Origin: Octopus sinensis
Taxonomy: Eukaryota
DNA: 64,000 nucleotides
Direction of reading: 5' to 3'
NCBI RefSeq assembly: GCF_006345805.1
Contig: NC_043014.1
Span: 13,888,001-13,952,000, forward strand
Shown: piece by piece, positions 26,430 through 40,241 of the stretch
How the letters are laid out: every line of letters begins with the position of its first letter
How positions within the stretch are numbered: position 1 is the stretch's first letter
Program-made: the position numbers and the translations under genes
Notes under the pieces: model-generated
The model's input: only the letters and a program-made list of their open reading frames with translations
What the model was told of the DNA's origin: nothing
Database searches by the model: none

Positions 26430-27774
26430 TGCACCAGGCTCCAATCTTGATCTGGCAGGGTTTCTACAGCTGGATGCCCTTCCTAACGCCAACCACTCTG
26501 AGAGTGTAGTGGGTGCCTTTACATAACACAGGCACGGGGGCCAGTCAGGTGGTACTGGCAACGACCCCGCTCGAATCTTTTTACACATGCCACCGGCACA
26601 GGTGCCAGTAAGGCGACGCTGGTAATGATCACCCTCGAATGGTGCATGATATATATGTATAAAGGTACTATGAGACGGATTTATATTTAATCTTTCTAGT
26701 ATATGTAATTTTCTAGATGGTGTAATTTAATTTTTCATTTTGTGGGTTTTTTTTCTAATTTATATATATATATATATTAGTCCAACCCATGCTAGCATGG
26801 AAAACAGACGTTAAATGACAATGATGATATATGAATGAGTGAATTAATGAAAGAAAGTAGCACTCGATATATTTAGTAAGAGTTGTATGCATTTATGAAT
26901 AACTTGACTCAATTCCACATTACTAAAAGCTTCTTCGGTGCTGAACATATCTGCATCACCAAAGACAGACAGACAGATTATAATTGTCTGTAAAACATAT
27001 ATTATCACAACTCATGTTAAAGAGATGATAATATGTTTAAATAACATATTAAATGTAATTTAACAGTTGAGTAAACAACATTCCAGTTAAGACCATCCCA
27101 TCTTTGTATCTATCAAGGACTATATTGTCCAATGTGGTCTTCTCTTTTATGATAGCAGAATGTGATTTAAGGGTGATTTGGTTGCTGCCAAATAGACCAA
27201 GCAACTTAATAGAGGTTTCTAGTTAGCTTACATAATTTAAAAGCTTATGTTAAAATTCTGATACAGTTATGCATGAGCTAGATCATGACTGAAGACACTT
27301 CAATCAGGAGTGAAAGAGCTTCACAGTGACTAATGAACATCATCAGCATTTAATATTCACTTTTCCATGATTTGCATGGGTTAGACAGAATTGTTGAGGT
27401 AGATTTTTCTATGGCCAGATGCCATGCCCTTCTTGTTGATAACCCTCACTTGTTTCCAAGCAAGGTAATATTTTTCATGGAAGACTGTAAACAAACAACC
27501 TCACTTGTATGATGGTGATGTTCATTTACAACTACCATGTGATGTCTAGAAAAGGGTGCACTCAAACACATACATACATACAAGATCCAAGAACCAAGGT
27601 GTAGGAAGAAAGTTAGCTTCAAGCAAATTGTAGAAAATATAAAAAACTTTCAGGAACAATAGTGGTTTATTGAGGTGGAATGTTGTGGACTTTTTCTGTA
27701 TTGAAGTATGGTAAACTGAAAAAAATGTTTTATATTTCACAATAGGCAGGCAGGGTTAGCAGGTATGGAAATAA

Positions 27775-28077
27775 AATACAAGAGTTAAGGAATGGAGTAG
27801 ATAATATCCAGGCTATGCTGGATATTATCTACTGTATGTTTCAAAGTGAGCGGACCCTCAGCAGTAATAAATATCCAAGCGAGCTGATTGAATCATCTGT
27901 GTGTCGACATGTATCTCCTTTCAACAATGTAAACTTCATTTAATCAAGGTACCTTTGGCCTGAAGAGTAGCCTGTGGTATACACCTCACTTGGATATTTA
28001 CTCCTTTCAAGGTTCCACTCACTATGAAACATATGTAGCCCGGATCTTATTTACTCCATTCCTTAACTTTTGCATAT
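27775..28077. mobile_element. Fold-back MITE-like element with ~95-110 bp arms
   Basis: 27775-27883 matches the reverse complement of 27985-28077; the left arm carries an extra inverted insert. Confidence 0.75.
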
Positions 28078-28527
28078 ATACATATATATGAGTATATGAG
28101 TGTAGGTATGAATGTGTGGTTAAGAAGCTTGCTTCCCAGCCACATGGTTCCAGGTTCAATACCTCTGCATGGCACCCTGGGCAAGTATTTTCTACACTAT
28201 AGCCTGATGTTGACCAAAGCCTTGTAAGTGGATTTGGTAGATGGAAACTAAAAGAAGCCTCTAGTAAATGATGATGGTGTGTGTGTGTGTGTGTGTGTGT
28301 GTCAGTGGTTGTCCCCACCACTTCATGACTAGTGTTGGTGTGTTTAAGTTCCCCATAACCTGGCAGTTCAGCAAAAGAGACTGCTAGAATAAGTACCAAA
28401 CTTTAAAAAAATAAGTACTGGGGTTGATTCATATGACTAAAAGTTCCTCAATGCAGTGCTCCAGCATGGTTGCAGCCTAATAACTGAAACAAGTAAACAA
28501 TTACATATATATATATATATAATATAT

Positions 28528-28592
<65 letters not shown>

Positions 28593-28593
28593 C

Positions 28594-28633
<40 letters not shown>

Positions 28634-29510
28634 TACAATGGGCTTCTTTTCAGTTTCCATCTACTAAATTCACTCACAAGGTTTTGGTGGTCCCAGGGCT
28701 ATTATGGAAAGTTAGGGCCAAGACGCCACTCAGTAGAACTGAACCCAAGACCACGTGGTTGGAAAGCAAGCTTCTTAACCACACAACCATGCCAAAACTA
28801 TAATTTAATAGTATTTATATTCTATGTATCCATGTATGTGTTTGGTCATTTGGAATGATACTTGGTCTTTTTCCCAGCTTGATACAACCATTTGTTCTAG
28901 TAAAGGAGCAGGAGGTAAAACTCCTACCAAACTAAGTCTGTAAACTCGGCTGTAGTTGCTGCCACAGGTCCCCTTGGAAAGGTATAAATGTCATCATTTT
29001 CCCTGTTTCTTATGGTGGCCATACTCTATCTGGATAGAGTATAGCTGCCGGTCTTCAAATGGTAGTGTTATAAAATACTGTCTGGTATAAGCTGTCCACC
29101 TGTCAAGCTATCAGTGTTCAAACTGAGTGAGTTTTCCTATACTGAGGTAAATTAAGCTGTCACATTCCCCGCCACCCGAAGGTGCCCTTCCAGCAATTCC
29201 TTTAAGATTCTACTTTACTTTTCCCTTTTATCTTGGGATCAATAAAGCTTATCACCTATTAATGGATACATCTATGATTCTACATGGTTTACGACTGATT
29301 GTTTACGACGCCAGCAAGTGGAATAAATAAATATCTATGATCACATTTAACTGTTCCAAACAGAATTCTGACAAATACAATAATAGGTGCAGGTGTGACT
29401 GCCTGAAAACAGGTGAGGCTGGTGACAGGAAGGGCATCTGGCCATAGAAAATCCACATCAACAAAATTCTGTTTGACCCATGGAAGCATGGAAAAAGTGG
29501 AGGAGGAGGA

Positions 29511-29653
29511 GATGATGATGCTGATCTGCTGCTGCTGATGATGATGATGATGCTGCTGATGATGATGATGATGATGATGCTGATGCTGATGATGATGATG
29601 ATGCTGCTGATGATGATGATGATGAAGCTGCTGCTGCTGCTGATGCTGATGAT

Positions 29654-29684
<31 letters not shown>

Positions 29685-29823
29685 CTGCTGATGATGATGA
29701 TGATGGTGCTGATGCTGCTGCTGATGATGCTGATGCTGCTGCTGATGATGATGATGATGAAGCTGCTGCTGCTGCTGATGCTGATGATGCTGCTGATGCT
29801 GATGATGATGATGATGATGATGC

Positions 29824-29864
<41 letters not shown>

Positions 29865-29938
29865 CTGCTGCTGATGATGATGATGCTGATGCTGCTGCTG
29901 CTGCTGATGCTGATGATGATGATGCTGATGATGATGAT
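29511..29938. repeat. Mosaic (GAT/GCT)n trinucleotide array grown from an RTE 3' tail
   Basis: Follows an RTE 3'UTR remnant (..CATGGAAGCATGGAAAAAGTGG); almost only GAT and GCT triplets. Confidence 0.9.
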
Positions 29939-30305
29939 AACTATGCAGAAAAGAAAGAGTATGACAGATGTATAATGATTAAAGTCGCTCTACTCAGGAT
30001 TGAAATATCTTTACTGTCACTGCTGGACTCACATTTTCGCATTTTCTCGTTAACCAAGGTGATAGATCAAGGTCGAAATATTTATGAATACAATGATGTG
30101 CTAGAATTCGTTTTTCAAAGACTTCTAAGACAGAACAACTCATCCATGCAGCTTTAATAAACACTAATTGATTTAGATCTACTAGACATATCCGACATCA
30201 TTAATAACCAAACAAAATACGAAGACACTGGTCTTTGAAAGAGATAAAACATAACAGTATTGGTTAAAAGAGAAACAGAGGAATTTATTACAAAAGATTC
30301 TTATT

Positions 30306-30720
30306 GGCGCAAGAGTGGCTGTGTGGTAAGTAGCTTGCTTACGAACCACATGGTTCCGGGTACAGTCCCACTGCGTGGCACCTTGGGCAAGTGTCTTCTA
30401 CTATAGCCCCGGGCCGACCAATGCCTTGTGAGTGGATTTGGTAGACGGAAACTGAAAGAAGCCTGTTGTATATATGTATATATATATATAAGTGTGTGTG
30501 TATATGTTTGTGTGTCTGTGTTTGTCCCCCTAGCATTGCTTGACAACCGATGCTGGTGTGTTTACGTCCCTGTCACTTAGCGGTTCAGCAAAAGAGACTG
30601 ATAGAATAAGTACTGAGCTTACAAAGAATAAGTCCTGGGGTCGATTTGCTTGACTAAAGGCGGTGCTCCAGCATGGCTGCAGTCAAATGACTGAAACAAG
30701 TAAAAGAGTAAAGAGAGTAA
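30306..30720 (+). mobile_element. SINE-A, full length and young
   Basis: tRNA-like A/B-box head (GGCTGTGTGGTAAG..GGTTCCGGGTACAGTCCC), central (TA)/(TG)n, tail GAAACAAGTAAAAGAGTAAAGAG. Confidence 0.92.
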
Positions 30721-30794
30721 AGAATAATATAGTATGATATGAAAATGACAGTAAAAGGTGTTTGATTATTGTTATTATTATCATTACTATCTCT

Positions 30795-31185
30795 TTTACT
30801 TTTTTACTTGTTTCAGTCATTTGACTGTGGCCATGCTGGAGCACCACCTTTAGTCAAGCAAATCGAACCCAGGACTTTTAAGCCTAGTCTCTATCAGTAT
30901 CTTTTGCCGAACCACTAAATTACAGGAACGTTAACACACCAGCATCGGTTGTCAAGCAATGTTGGGAGGACAAACACAGACACACAAACATATACACACA
31001 CACACATATATATACATATATACGATGGACTTCTTTCAGTTTCCCTCTACCAAATTTACTCACAAGGCTTTGGTCAGCCCGAGGCTATTGTAGAAGACAC
31101 TTGCCCAAGGTGCCAAACAGTTGGAATGAACCTGGAACCATGTGGTTGGTAAGCAAGCTACTTACCACACAGCCACTCCTACACC
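30795..31185 (-). mobile_element. SINE-A, full length, tail-to-tail with 30306-30720
   Basis: Reverse complement of the preceding copy. Confidence 0.9.
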
Positions 31186-31780
31186 TATGTTTTATATCAG
31201 CTTCAAATTTTGACACACAGCCAGCAATTTGGGGGTGGAATAAAGTCGATTATATCAACCCCAATGCTCAGCTGGTACTTATTTTATTGACCCCCAAAAG
31301 CATGAAAGGTAAAGTGAACTTAGCGTATTTTGAACTCAGGATATAAAGACAAACAAAATGCCACTAAGCATTTTACTTGGTGTACACACAATTCTGCTAG
31401 CTTGCTACCAAGAATTAATATTATTGTCATCATCAATTTTACTTTCATTACAGTCTATGTAATAAAATGTCTTCATTCCCACCATTCCTTTCTAATTGTA
31501 TGTATGAGGTTTTATAGGGTTAAACCAAATAAATAAAAAAAAAAATTAAGCAAAACACATTTTGCTTTCCACAGAAATAAGGAAAAATATAGTGTGTGTG
31601 GGATGTGCTAACTCTCAATTGACCCATTAAGATTCTTCAGTTATTTATTATTTAACATTTATTTAATAACATAATAAACATGAAAATATGGTGCCTACAG
31701 AAAACTCAGCTGGTACATCTTGAGACAATTCCAAAACCAAAATAAATACACAAACATAGCAGTGTATTTTACTGTAATTG

Positions 31781-31827
<47 letters not shown>

Positions 31828-31856
31828 TAATCGTTTAACGTCCATATATATATATA

Positions 31857-31891
<35 letters not shown>

Positions 31892-32003
31892 ATTATTATC
31901 ATTATTATTATTAATTATTATTATTATTAATTATTACTATTATCATTATTTATTATTAATTATTACTATTATCATTATTTATTATTAATTATTACTATTA
32001 TCA

Positions 32004-32039
<36 letters not shown>

Positions 32040-32594
32040 GAGTGAGAGAGCAGTGCATGCCATCAAAGTGACACTGGGGTAAAATATACGAAGCCCAGTA
32101 TACCCATCATGGCTACCCGTCTAATAAGGGTACACTAAGCACATGCATCACAACCATATGTGCGTGACATGGTGATCTCATATCAAGATAAACAGCACAT
32201 GACCTTGCGGGTGGGGCCCAGTTAGAATTATCTTCTGGTCGAATAACCCATCCTGCTCTAAAGGTCCCTGAATACGGGTTGTTTAAGGATGTTGAATGAA
32301 CCACCCGTGTTTCCAAAGGTGAATTATCCAAACCTCCAAGAATTCCTTTCAACACATGGCTATGATACTCCCCAACTACTTCTGCTCATGATCAGAGATG
32401 CACGTATCGTCAACCACTAAGGGACATGGTCAACTGGTTATGGCCAAACAACTGATAAGCAAATCTGTGGTACTGAGCAGAATATTTGCTGTAGCCCATC
32501 TTTTATACCAAGACAAAACAATGTACATGATAACACTTCCAATCAGTTAAGATCAGAAGCCATGAGAGCCACAGCCTGGTACTGTATCAGGGCA

Positions 32595-32595
<1 letters not shown>
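32040..32595 (-). mobile_element. (AAT)n-embedded element, full length
   Basis: Flanked by (ATT)n on both sides; reverse complement starts ATGCCCTGATACAGTACCAGG and ends CTCTCTCACTC. Confidence 0.92.
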
Positions 32596-32636
<41 letters not shown>

Positions 32637-32647
32637 TAAAGCAAAGG

Positions 32648-33031
32648 TGGAGGCACAATGGCCCAGTGGTTAGGGCAGCAGACTCGCGGTTGTAGGATCG
32701 TGGTTCCGATTACCAGACCGGGCGTTGTGAGTGTTTATTGAGCGAAAACACCTAAAGCTCCACGAGGCTCCGGCAGGGATGGTGGTGATCCCTGCTGTAC
32801 TCTTTCACCACAACTTTCTCTCACTCTTACTTCCTGTTTCTGTTGTACCTGTATTTCAAAGGGCCGGCCTTGTCACTCTCTGTGTCACGCTGAATATCCC
32901 TGAGAACTACGTTAAGGGTACACGTGTCTGTGGAGTGCTCAGCCACTTACACGTTAATTTCATGAGCAGGCTGTTCCGTTGATCGGATCAACCGGAAGCC
33001 TCATCGTCGTAACCGACGGAGTGCTTCCACC
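32648..33031 (+). mobile_element. SINE-C, full length
   Basis: tRNA-like head TGGCCCAGTGGTTAGGGCAGC; 13 bp TSD ATTAAAGCAAAGG at 32635-32647 and 33032-33044. Confidence 0.9.
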
Positions 33032-33344
33032 ATTAAAGCAAAGGCTGGACAGCTTATTATATTTTTAATTCCATGCTACATGTGTTTCATTACAGTATAG
33101 GAAATATATTATGAATATAAATGTTAATATTAATGATAATATTATAAATATAATAAATTCATAATAAGTATGTGGATGTAGAAAACCTGTATGGAATCTT
33201 CTATGCAGAATGCCTCAGGCAAAGAATTAAAATTAATACAACGTTACTTTGATGAAATTACAATTTATACTTCATAGAATTTACCTGGAGTATCTTAAGA
33301 GACAGATGGATAAAGAGGAGGTAAAATAATAAACTAGAGAGAGG

Positions 33345-33677
33345 GTATATATATACATATATATATATACATATATATACTACATATATATATATATATC
33401 ATATATATAATATATATATATCATATACATATATATATACATATACATATACATATATATATACATATATACATAGACATATACATATATATATACATAT
33501 ATAATACATATACTATATCATATACATATACATATATACACATATACATATATACATATATATACATATATACAATAACATATACATATACATATATACA
33601 TATATATACATATATACATATACATATATATATACATATATACATATACATATACATATACATATAATATAATACAT

Positions 33678-33724
<47 letters not shown>

Positions 33725-33753
33725 TATACATAGACTATCATATACATATAATA

Positions 33754-33786
<33 letters not shown>

Positions 33787-33981
33787 ACATATATATATAC
33801 ATATATATATAAGATCATATATATATACATATATATTATACATATAGATATATACAATATATATATATAGATATATATATATTATATATATATATATAGA
33901 TATATCATATATATATACTATATATATATATATACATATATATATACATATATATATACATATATATATATAATATATATC

Positions 33982-34020
<39 letters not shown>

Positions 34021-34021
34021 C

Positions 34022-34097
<76 letters not shown>

Positions 34098-34255
34098 CTA
34101 CATATATATACATATATATATACATACATACATATATATACATATATATATACATATATATATACCTATATATATACATATATATATATACATATATACA
34201 TATATCTATATACATATATATATATATATATATACATATATACATATATATATAC

Positions 34256-34287
<32 letters not shown>

Positions 34288-34380
34288 ATACATATATATA
34301 TATACACATATACATATATATATATACATATATATATCTATATCATATATATATATATACATTATACTATATATATATAC

Positions 34381-34411
<31 letters not shown>

Positions 34412-34541
34412 CATATAATATATATACATATATATATAATACATATACATATATACATATATATATACCTATATATACATACTATATATACATATATATA
34501 TATATCAATATATAACATATATACATATATATATATATAAC

Positions 34542-34572
<31 letters not shown>

Positions 34573-34828
34573 CATATATATAGCATATATATATATAGTA
34601 TATATATATATATATATATATAATACATACATATATATATACATATATATATATACATACATACAATATATATATACATATATATATACATATATATATA
34701 CATATATATATACATATATATATATACATATATACATATATATATATACATATATATCTATATATATATAACATATAATACATATATATATACATCTATA
34801 TATATATATACACTATATATACTATACA

Positions 34829-34862
<34 letters not shown>

Positions 34863-34881
34863 ATATATACATATTATATAC

Positions 34882-34916
<35 letters not shown>

Positions 34917-35182
34917 CATATATACTATATATACATATCTATATATATCCATATACATATATACTATATATATATAATACATATACTATATACATATATA
35001 TATATACATATACATCATATACATATATATATATATACATATATATATACATATATATATAATACATATATCATATATATATATATACATTATATATATA
35101 TACATATATATATATATTATACATATATACATATATATATATACATATATACATATATATATATACATATTACATATATATA

Positions 35183-35222
<40 letters not shown>

Positions 35223-35265
35223 TGTGTGTTGTGTGTGTGTATGTATATAATCTATATATATATAA
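33345..35265. repeat. ~1.9 kb degenerate (TA)n/(TACA) microsatellite array
   Basis: Almost entirely TA dinucleotides with interspersed C; source of the I/Y/M/C ORFs. Confidence 0.97.
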
Positions 35266-36626
35266 GACAGATACATTGATGGAGGAGAAATATATAGAAG
35301 AGAAAGAATATTTAAGTTATAAAATATAAAACTAGGAGCAACAATTATAATGAATGTATGTTAGACATATTCAAGTTTATTTGAAATTACAAGAACACTT
35401 CTACAATATATACTCATACATATATATAACCCCTTATATACACTTTGCAGTGTGGGGCTATGGTAGAAGACACTTGCTCAAACTGCCACACAGTAGGACT
35501 GAACCCAGAATCATGTAGTTGGGAAGCAAACATCTTAACCATACAGCCATGCCAGCACCTAAAATGTTAGTTACACTAATAAAATAAAGTAGTTTATGAT
35601 GGCCCATTATGACACCCACTACCTTTGTTTTAGATAATTCCCAGGAGACCACCTTTGAAAGACTTAGGACAAACTATTAAAATAATTTAAATGGCATGCA
35701 AACCAAATTACAAAATAAATAATATTAAATTACTGCAGCTATAAAGAGGGGAATGAAAAACAGAAATTAGTGTTGTTTTTTGGGGGTTTTTTTGGGGGTT
35801 TTTTTGCAATTAATAGAGTTTTGTTTACACTGCCAATTATTTTACTTTGGTGCGTACAGATGAATCTCTCCGCCACCACCAGCACCACTGCAACTGCTGC
35901 TGCCACTGCCGCCGCCACCACCACCACCACCATTACTACCACCATCAACACCATGTACTACTATTAAATGGACAAAAATTAAACAAACCTATCCTAAAAA
36001 AAAAAAGAAAAAAACATCCATCCAATGATTAGTAGCAATATTTATTCTCACTATCAGGCAGTCTTCAAATAATACTGATTAAAGCAGTTGAACACAGAGA
36101 CATGCTTGCAAACACCACCACCACAGCTTCACACATCCCACCCAAACACCCAGCCACCCACACACACACACACATAACCCTCACGTATGCACACACAGAA
36201 AAGTTTCTAAATGAAACAAACTGCAATGTGTACTCTAACCAAATCTACACGTACCCAGAAAAGCATATATTCTACCTGGCTGTCTTTATTGCCATCTTAC
36301 TTACGTAGCTACTGTCTGAGATTAAGTCACTTCAAATATATTGTCTTTTGATGTCTGTCTGGTGCGTAGTTATTTAACGAGAGCAAATCAACAAGCCAGA
36401 TGCCTCTTCCAATCTTCCCAAGTAATTTCTGTAATGGCCTTCTACTATTTCATCCTGTCCTCACTATAAATATAATGTAATTTATACACACATACACACA
36501 CATTAAAAAAAGAAGAAAAGTAAGAGAGTATATATTTATCAAAATATGCAATGTGTATACATATATATGTACACACACACACACACACACATAACAGAAA
36601 ACAGTTTCCATCTGTATTTAGCTAGC

Positions 36627-36667
<41 letters not shown>

Positions 36668-36686
36668 GTAATAATAATAATAATAA

Positions 36687-37231
36687 ATGCTCTGATGCAA
36701 TACCAGGCAAAAGCTCTCATGGCTTCTGATCTTAACTGATTGGAAGTGTTATCATGTACATTGTTTTGTCTTGGTATAAAAGATGGGCTACAGCAAATAT
36801 TCTGCTCAATGCCACAGATTTACTTGTCAGTTGTTTGACCTTAACCATTTGTCCTTTGGTGGCTGATGAAATGTTCATCTCTGATCATGAGCAGAAGTAG
36901 TGGGAAAGCATCATAGCCATGTGTTGAAAGGAATTCTTTGGGGTTTTAATAATTCACCTCTGGTGAATAATTCATTCAACATCCTTTAACAACCCTTATT
37001 CAAGGACCATTTAAGTAGGATGAGCTACTAGACCTGAAGAAAATTCTAACTGGGCCCCACCTGCAAGGTCATGTTCTGTTAATCTAGATTTGAGATCACC
37101 ATGTTGCGTACATATGATTGTGATGCATGTGCCTGTTGTACCCTTATCAGACGGGTAATCATGATAGGTATACTGGGCTTTGTATATTTTACTCCAGTGT
37201 CACTTTGATAGCATGCTCTGCTCTCTCACTC
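36687..37231 (+). mobile_element. (AAT)n-embedded element, full length
   Basis: (AAT)n on both sides; same 5' and 3' ends as 32040-32595. Confidence 0.92.
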
Positions 37232-37269
<38 letters not shown>

Positions 37270-38305
37270 GAAGAAGAAGAAGAAGAAGAAGAAAAAGAAG
37301 AAGAAGAAGAATAGATAAATACATAAATAAAATAATAGATAAATAAAACATACAGACAAATATATAGCCAAAACACCAGGACTTATATATAACATACAGA
37401 AAATAGCACTATTAGACACTGCACACGTCCTATGTAAAGCACTATACAGTAAAATAAGAACCCCCAAATAAACCACAGCACATACCCAAAGCACACAGAA
37501 CTGTGCTCAGTAGAGCAGTGAAAGCACATGATAAGAATAAGCATGTGATAAGAATAAGACTATTGAGTAATGATAATAATAATCCTTTCTACTATAGGCA
37601 CAGGCTTGAAATTTGGGGGAGCAAGACAGTCGGTTACATTGACTCCAGTTCTCAACTGGTACTAATTTCATCGACCCCAAAAAGATGAGAAGCAAAGATG
37701 ACCATGGCAGAATTTGAACTCAGAAAATAGTGACGGGTGAAATACTGCTAAATGTCCCAAAGAATTTTTTCCAGTGATGCTTATACTGAGTCTGTCAAAA
37801 CATTGCTCTGTTCCTAATAATCTTTTATCTTTTACTTGTTTCAGTCATTTGACTGTGGTCAGGCTGGGGCGCCACCTTAAAGGATTTAGTCAAGTGGATC
37901 AAACTCAGTACTTATTTTTTTTTTTAAACCTGGTACTTATTCTATTGGTCTCTTTTGCTGAACTGCTAAGTTATGGGGATGTAATCACACCAACATGGGT
38001 TGGACAACACAGACATGAAAACATACACGCACATATATGACAGCCTTCTTTCATCACAAGGCCTGAGGCTATAGTAGAAAACACTTACCTAGGGTGCCAC
38101 ACAGTGGGACTGAGCCCAAAACCATGTGGTTGGGAAGCTAACTTCTTGCCACATAGCTATGCATGCACTTAGCCACAACTTTTCCTATTTATTTTTAAAT
38201 CTGGGACTCATTCATTTGGTCTCTTTTGCTAAAATGCTAAGTTACATGGACATAGACAAACCAACACCAGTGGTCAAATTATCAAATGGTGGTGGGAGAC
38301 AAATA

Positions 38306-38356
<51 letters not shown>

Positions 38357-38470
38357 GATGGGCTTCCACACAGTTTCTATCCACAAAGTTCACTCTCAAG
38401 GCATTGGTTGGCCCTTGAGCTCTAAGAGAAAACACTTGTCCAAGGTGCCATGAAGTAGTACTGAACACCA

Positions 38471-38795
38471 GTGAAGGCACGTGGCTTAGTAGTTAGGGCA
38501 TTCAGCTCATGATTGTAAGGTCGTGAGTTCAATTCCCGGCAGCGCGTTGTGTCCTTGAGCAAAACACTTTATTTCACGTTGCTCCAGTCCACTCAGCTGG
38601 TGAAAATGAGTTGTACCTGTATTGCAAAGGGCCGGCCTTGTCACACTCTACGTCACGCTGAATCTCCCTGAGAACTACGTTAGGGGTACACGTGTCTATG
38701 GATTGCTCAGTCACTTGCACATTAATTTCATGAGCAAGCTATTCCATTGATCCTATCAGCTGGGACCCTTGTCGTCGTAACCGACAGAGTGCTCC
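38471..38795 (+). mobile_element. SINE-C inserted in a SINE-A
   Basis: 12 bp TSD TACTGAACACCA at 38459-38470 and 38796-38807; B-box-like GTGAGTTCAATTCCC. Confidence 0.9.
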
Positions 38796-39362
38796 TACTG
38801 AACACCAAACAAGGTGGTTGCAAAGCAAACTTTCTTAACCACACAGCCATGTCTATGCAACGATGATAACAAATTAAAAAAGAAGAAACAAAAAATCAAC
38901 TAACCTTTGATTTAAAATTGCCAACATTAGAAAATTATTTGGTTAGAAAAATAAAACAATTTCGGCATCTTTTAACAAGCAAGCAGCATTAATTAAAACA
39001 TCCTAGAAATGCGTCAAGTCAACATCGAAATACAGGAGAAAGAGTAGTGGAGAGAATGAGCTGACCATTCCAAATGAAGCAACTATAAGATATTCTATGT
39101 AAACTAAGTCAGTGCTAATTAGGAAAGAAACTAGAAACATAATAGCTGAGACAAACAATGTCTTCAGTAAGAAGAACCATTGTCCCAAAGTAAGTCATTT
39201 GGGCTTTGTTGGCAAAATTAAATTTGATAACATGGTATTTGTGATGTCATTAACTGATATATGGTGTACATTTTTAACTGGTTGACTGACTAGGTAGGTG
39301 AGTGAGCGGAGGAATAATGAAATAAAAACAAAAAGAAAACAAAATTCTAATTTTTTTATATA

Positions 39363-40241
39363 CAGGGTGTGACGGGTAAATTGTCGCCATTTTATATATT
39401 TAATTTCACACCTGTGCATTGTTTGTTTTTGATTTTGTTAACTACACTGTATAGTAGGGTCAGTTGGGCACCGTCTGTGAGAAAAACAGCACCATGATGC
39501 AATTTACTCAGCCAGAAATTTGGTAACGACATGCTGTACTGCTTGGCATTCATACCAGAAGTTCCAATATAAACATTTCAGAGTGTTTGGGTGTCAATCT
39601 GAGGACAGTGCAATCTGAGGACATGTACTGAGAGTGATAAAAGTCAAACATCTAGTTTGGTGTTTGGAATGATCATGAGTGATGGTGACATTATTCCACC
39701 ATTCATCTTCTCACACAGCCTCAGACTCAACACGGAGGCCTACATCAAGTGCCTGCAGGAGGTACTGCTGCCCTGGGTCAAGAGGGTAGCTGCTGGAAGA
39801 CTATATCTGGCAACAGGACCCTGGACCATGGCACTCAAGCAGGAGAACCCAGTCATGGCTGTCAGACAATTTCTGTGACCACATCACCCTAATATCTGGC
39901 CACCTGACTCTCTAAACTCCAAGCCCATGGATTATTATGTGTGGAGCACAGTTGAGCGAGAGACCAAAAGAATTCCTCGTAACACCAAAGATGATCTGAA
40001 GGCAAGGATTAAGGCAGCATTCACCAACTTAAACAAGGAAGCTGTCCAGAAGAGTTGCAGGAGATTCCAAAGTTGTTTGGAAGCTGTGGTTGAAGCTAAT
40101 GGCGATATTATTGAATAAATTTACTCATTAGTATTTCAAGATATTTTTATGAAATTTTGGTTAATACATCTGTTAAAATAAGGTGTCAGTGTTATTTTCA
40201 TTTTTGCATAACTTAGACAACAGTTTATTCACAGCACCCTA
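39363..40241 (+). mobile_element. Internally deleted Tc1/mariner transposon, maT (DD37D)-like
   Basis: TA-flanked degenerate TIRs CAGGGTGTGACGGGTAAATTGTC; frameshifted VFGMIMSDG..WQQD..NIWPPDSLNSKPMDYYVW..NGDIIE. Confidence 0.88.

Noticed and set aside
29538-29975. Met/Leu-rich protein
   Set aside because: It is the ATG/CTG reading of an expanded RTE tail.
32648-32720. tRNA genes at SINE heads (also 38471, 14222, 30306)
   Set aside because: The cloverleafs are degenerate and fused to SINE bodies, several with TSDs.
33421-34737. 438-aa ORF and the other I/Y/M/C ORFs (also 62419-63810)
   Set aside because: These are translations of (TA)n arrays.
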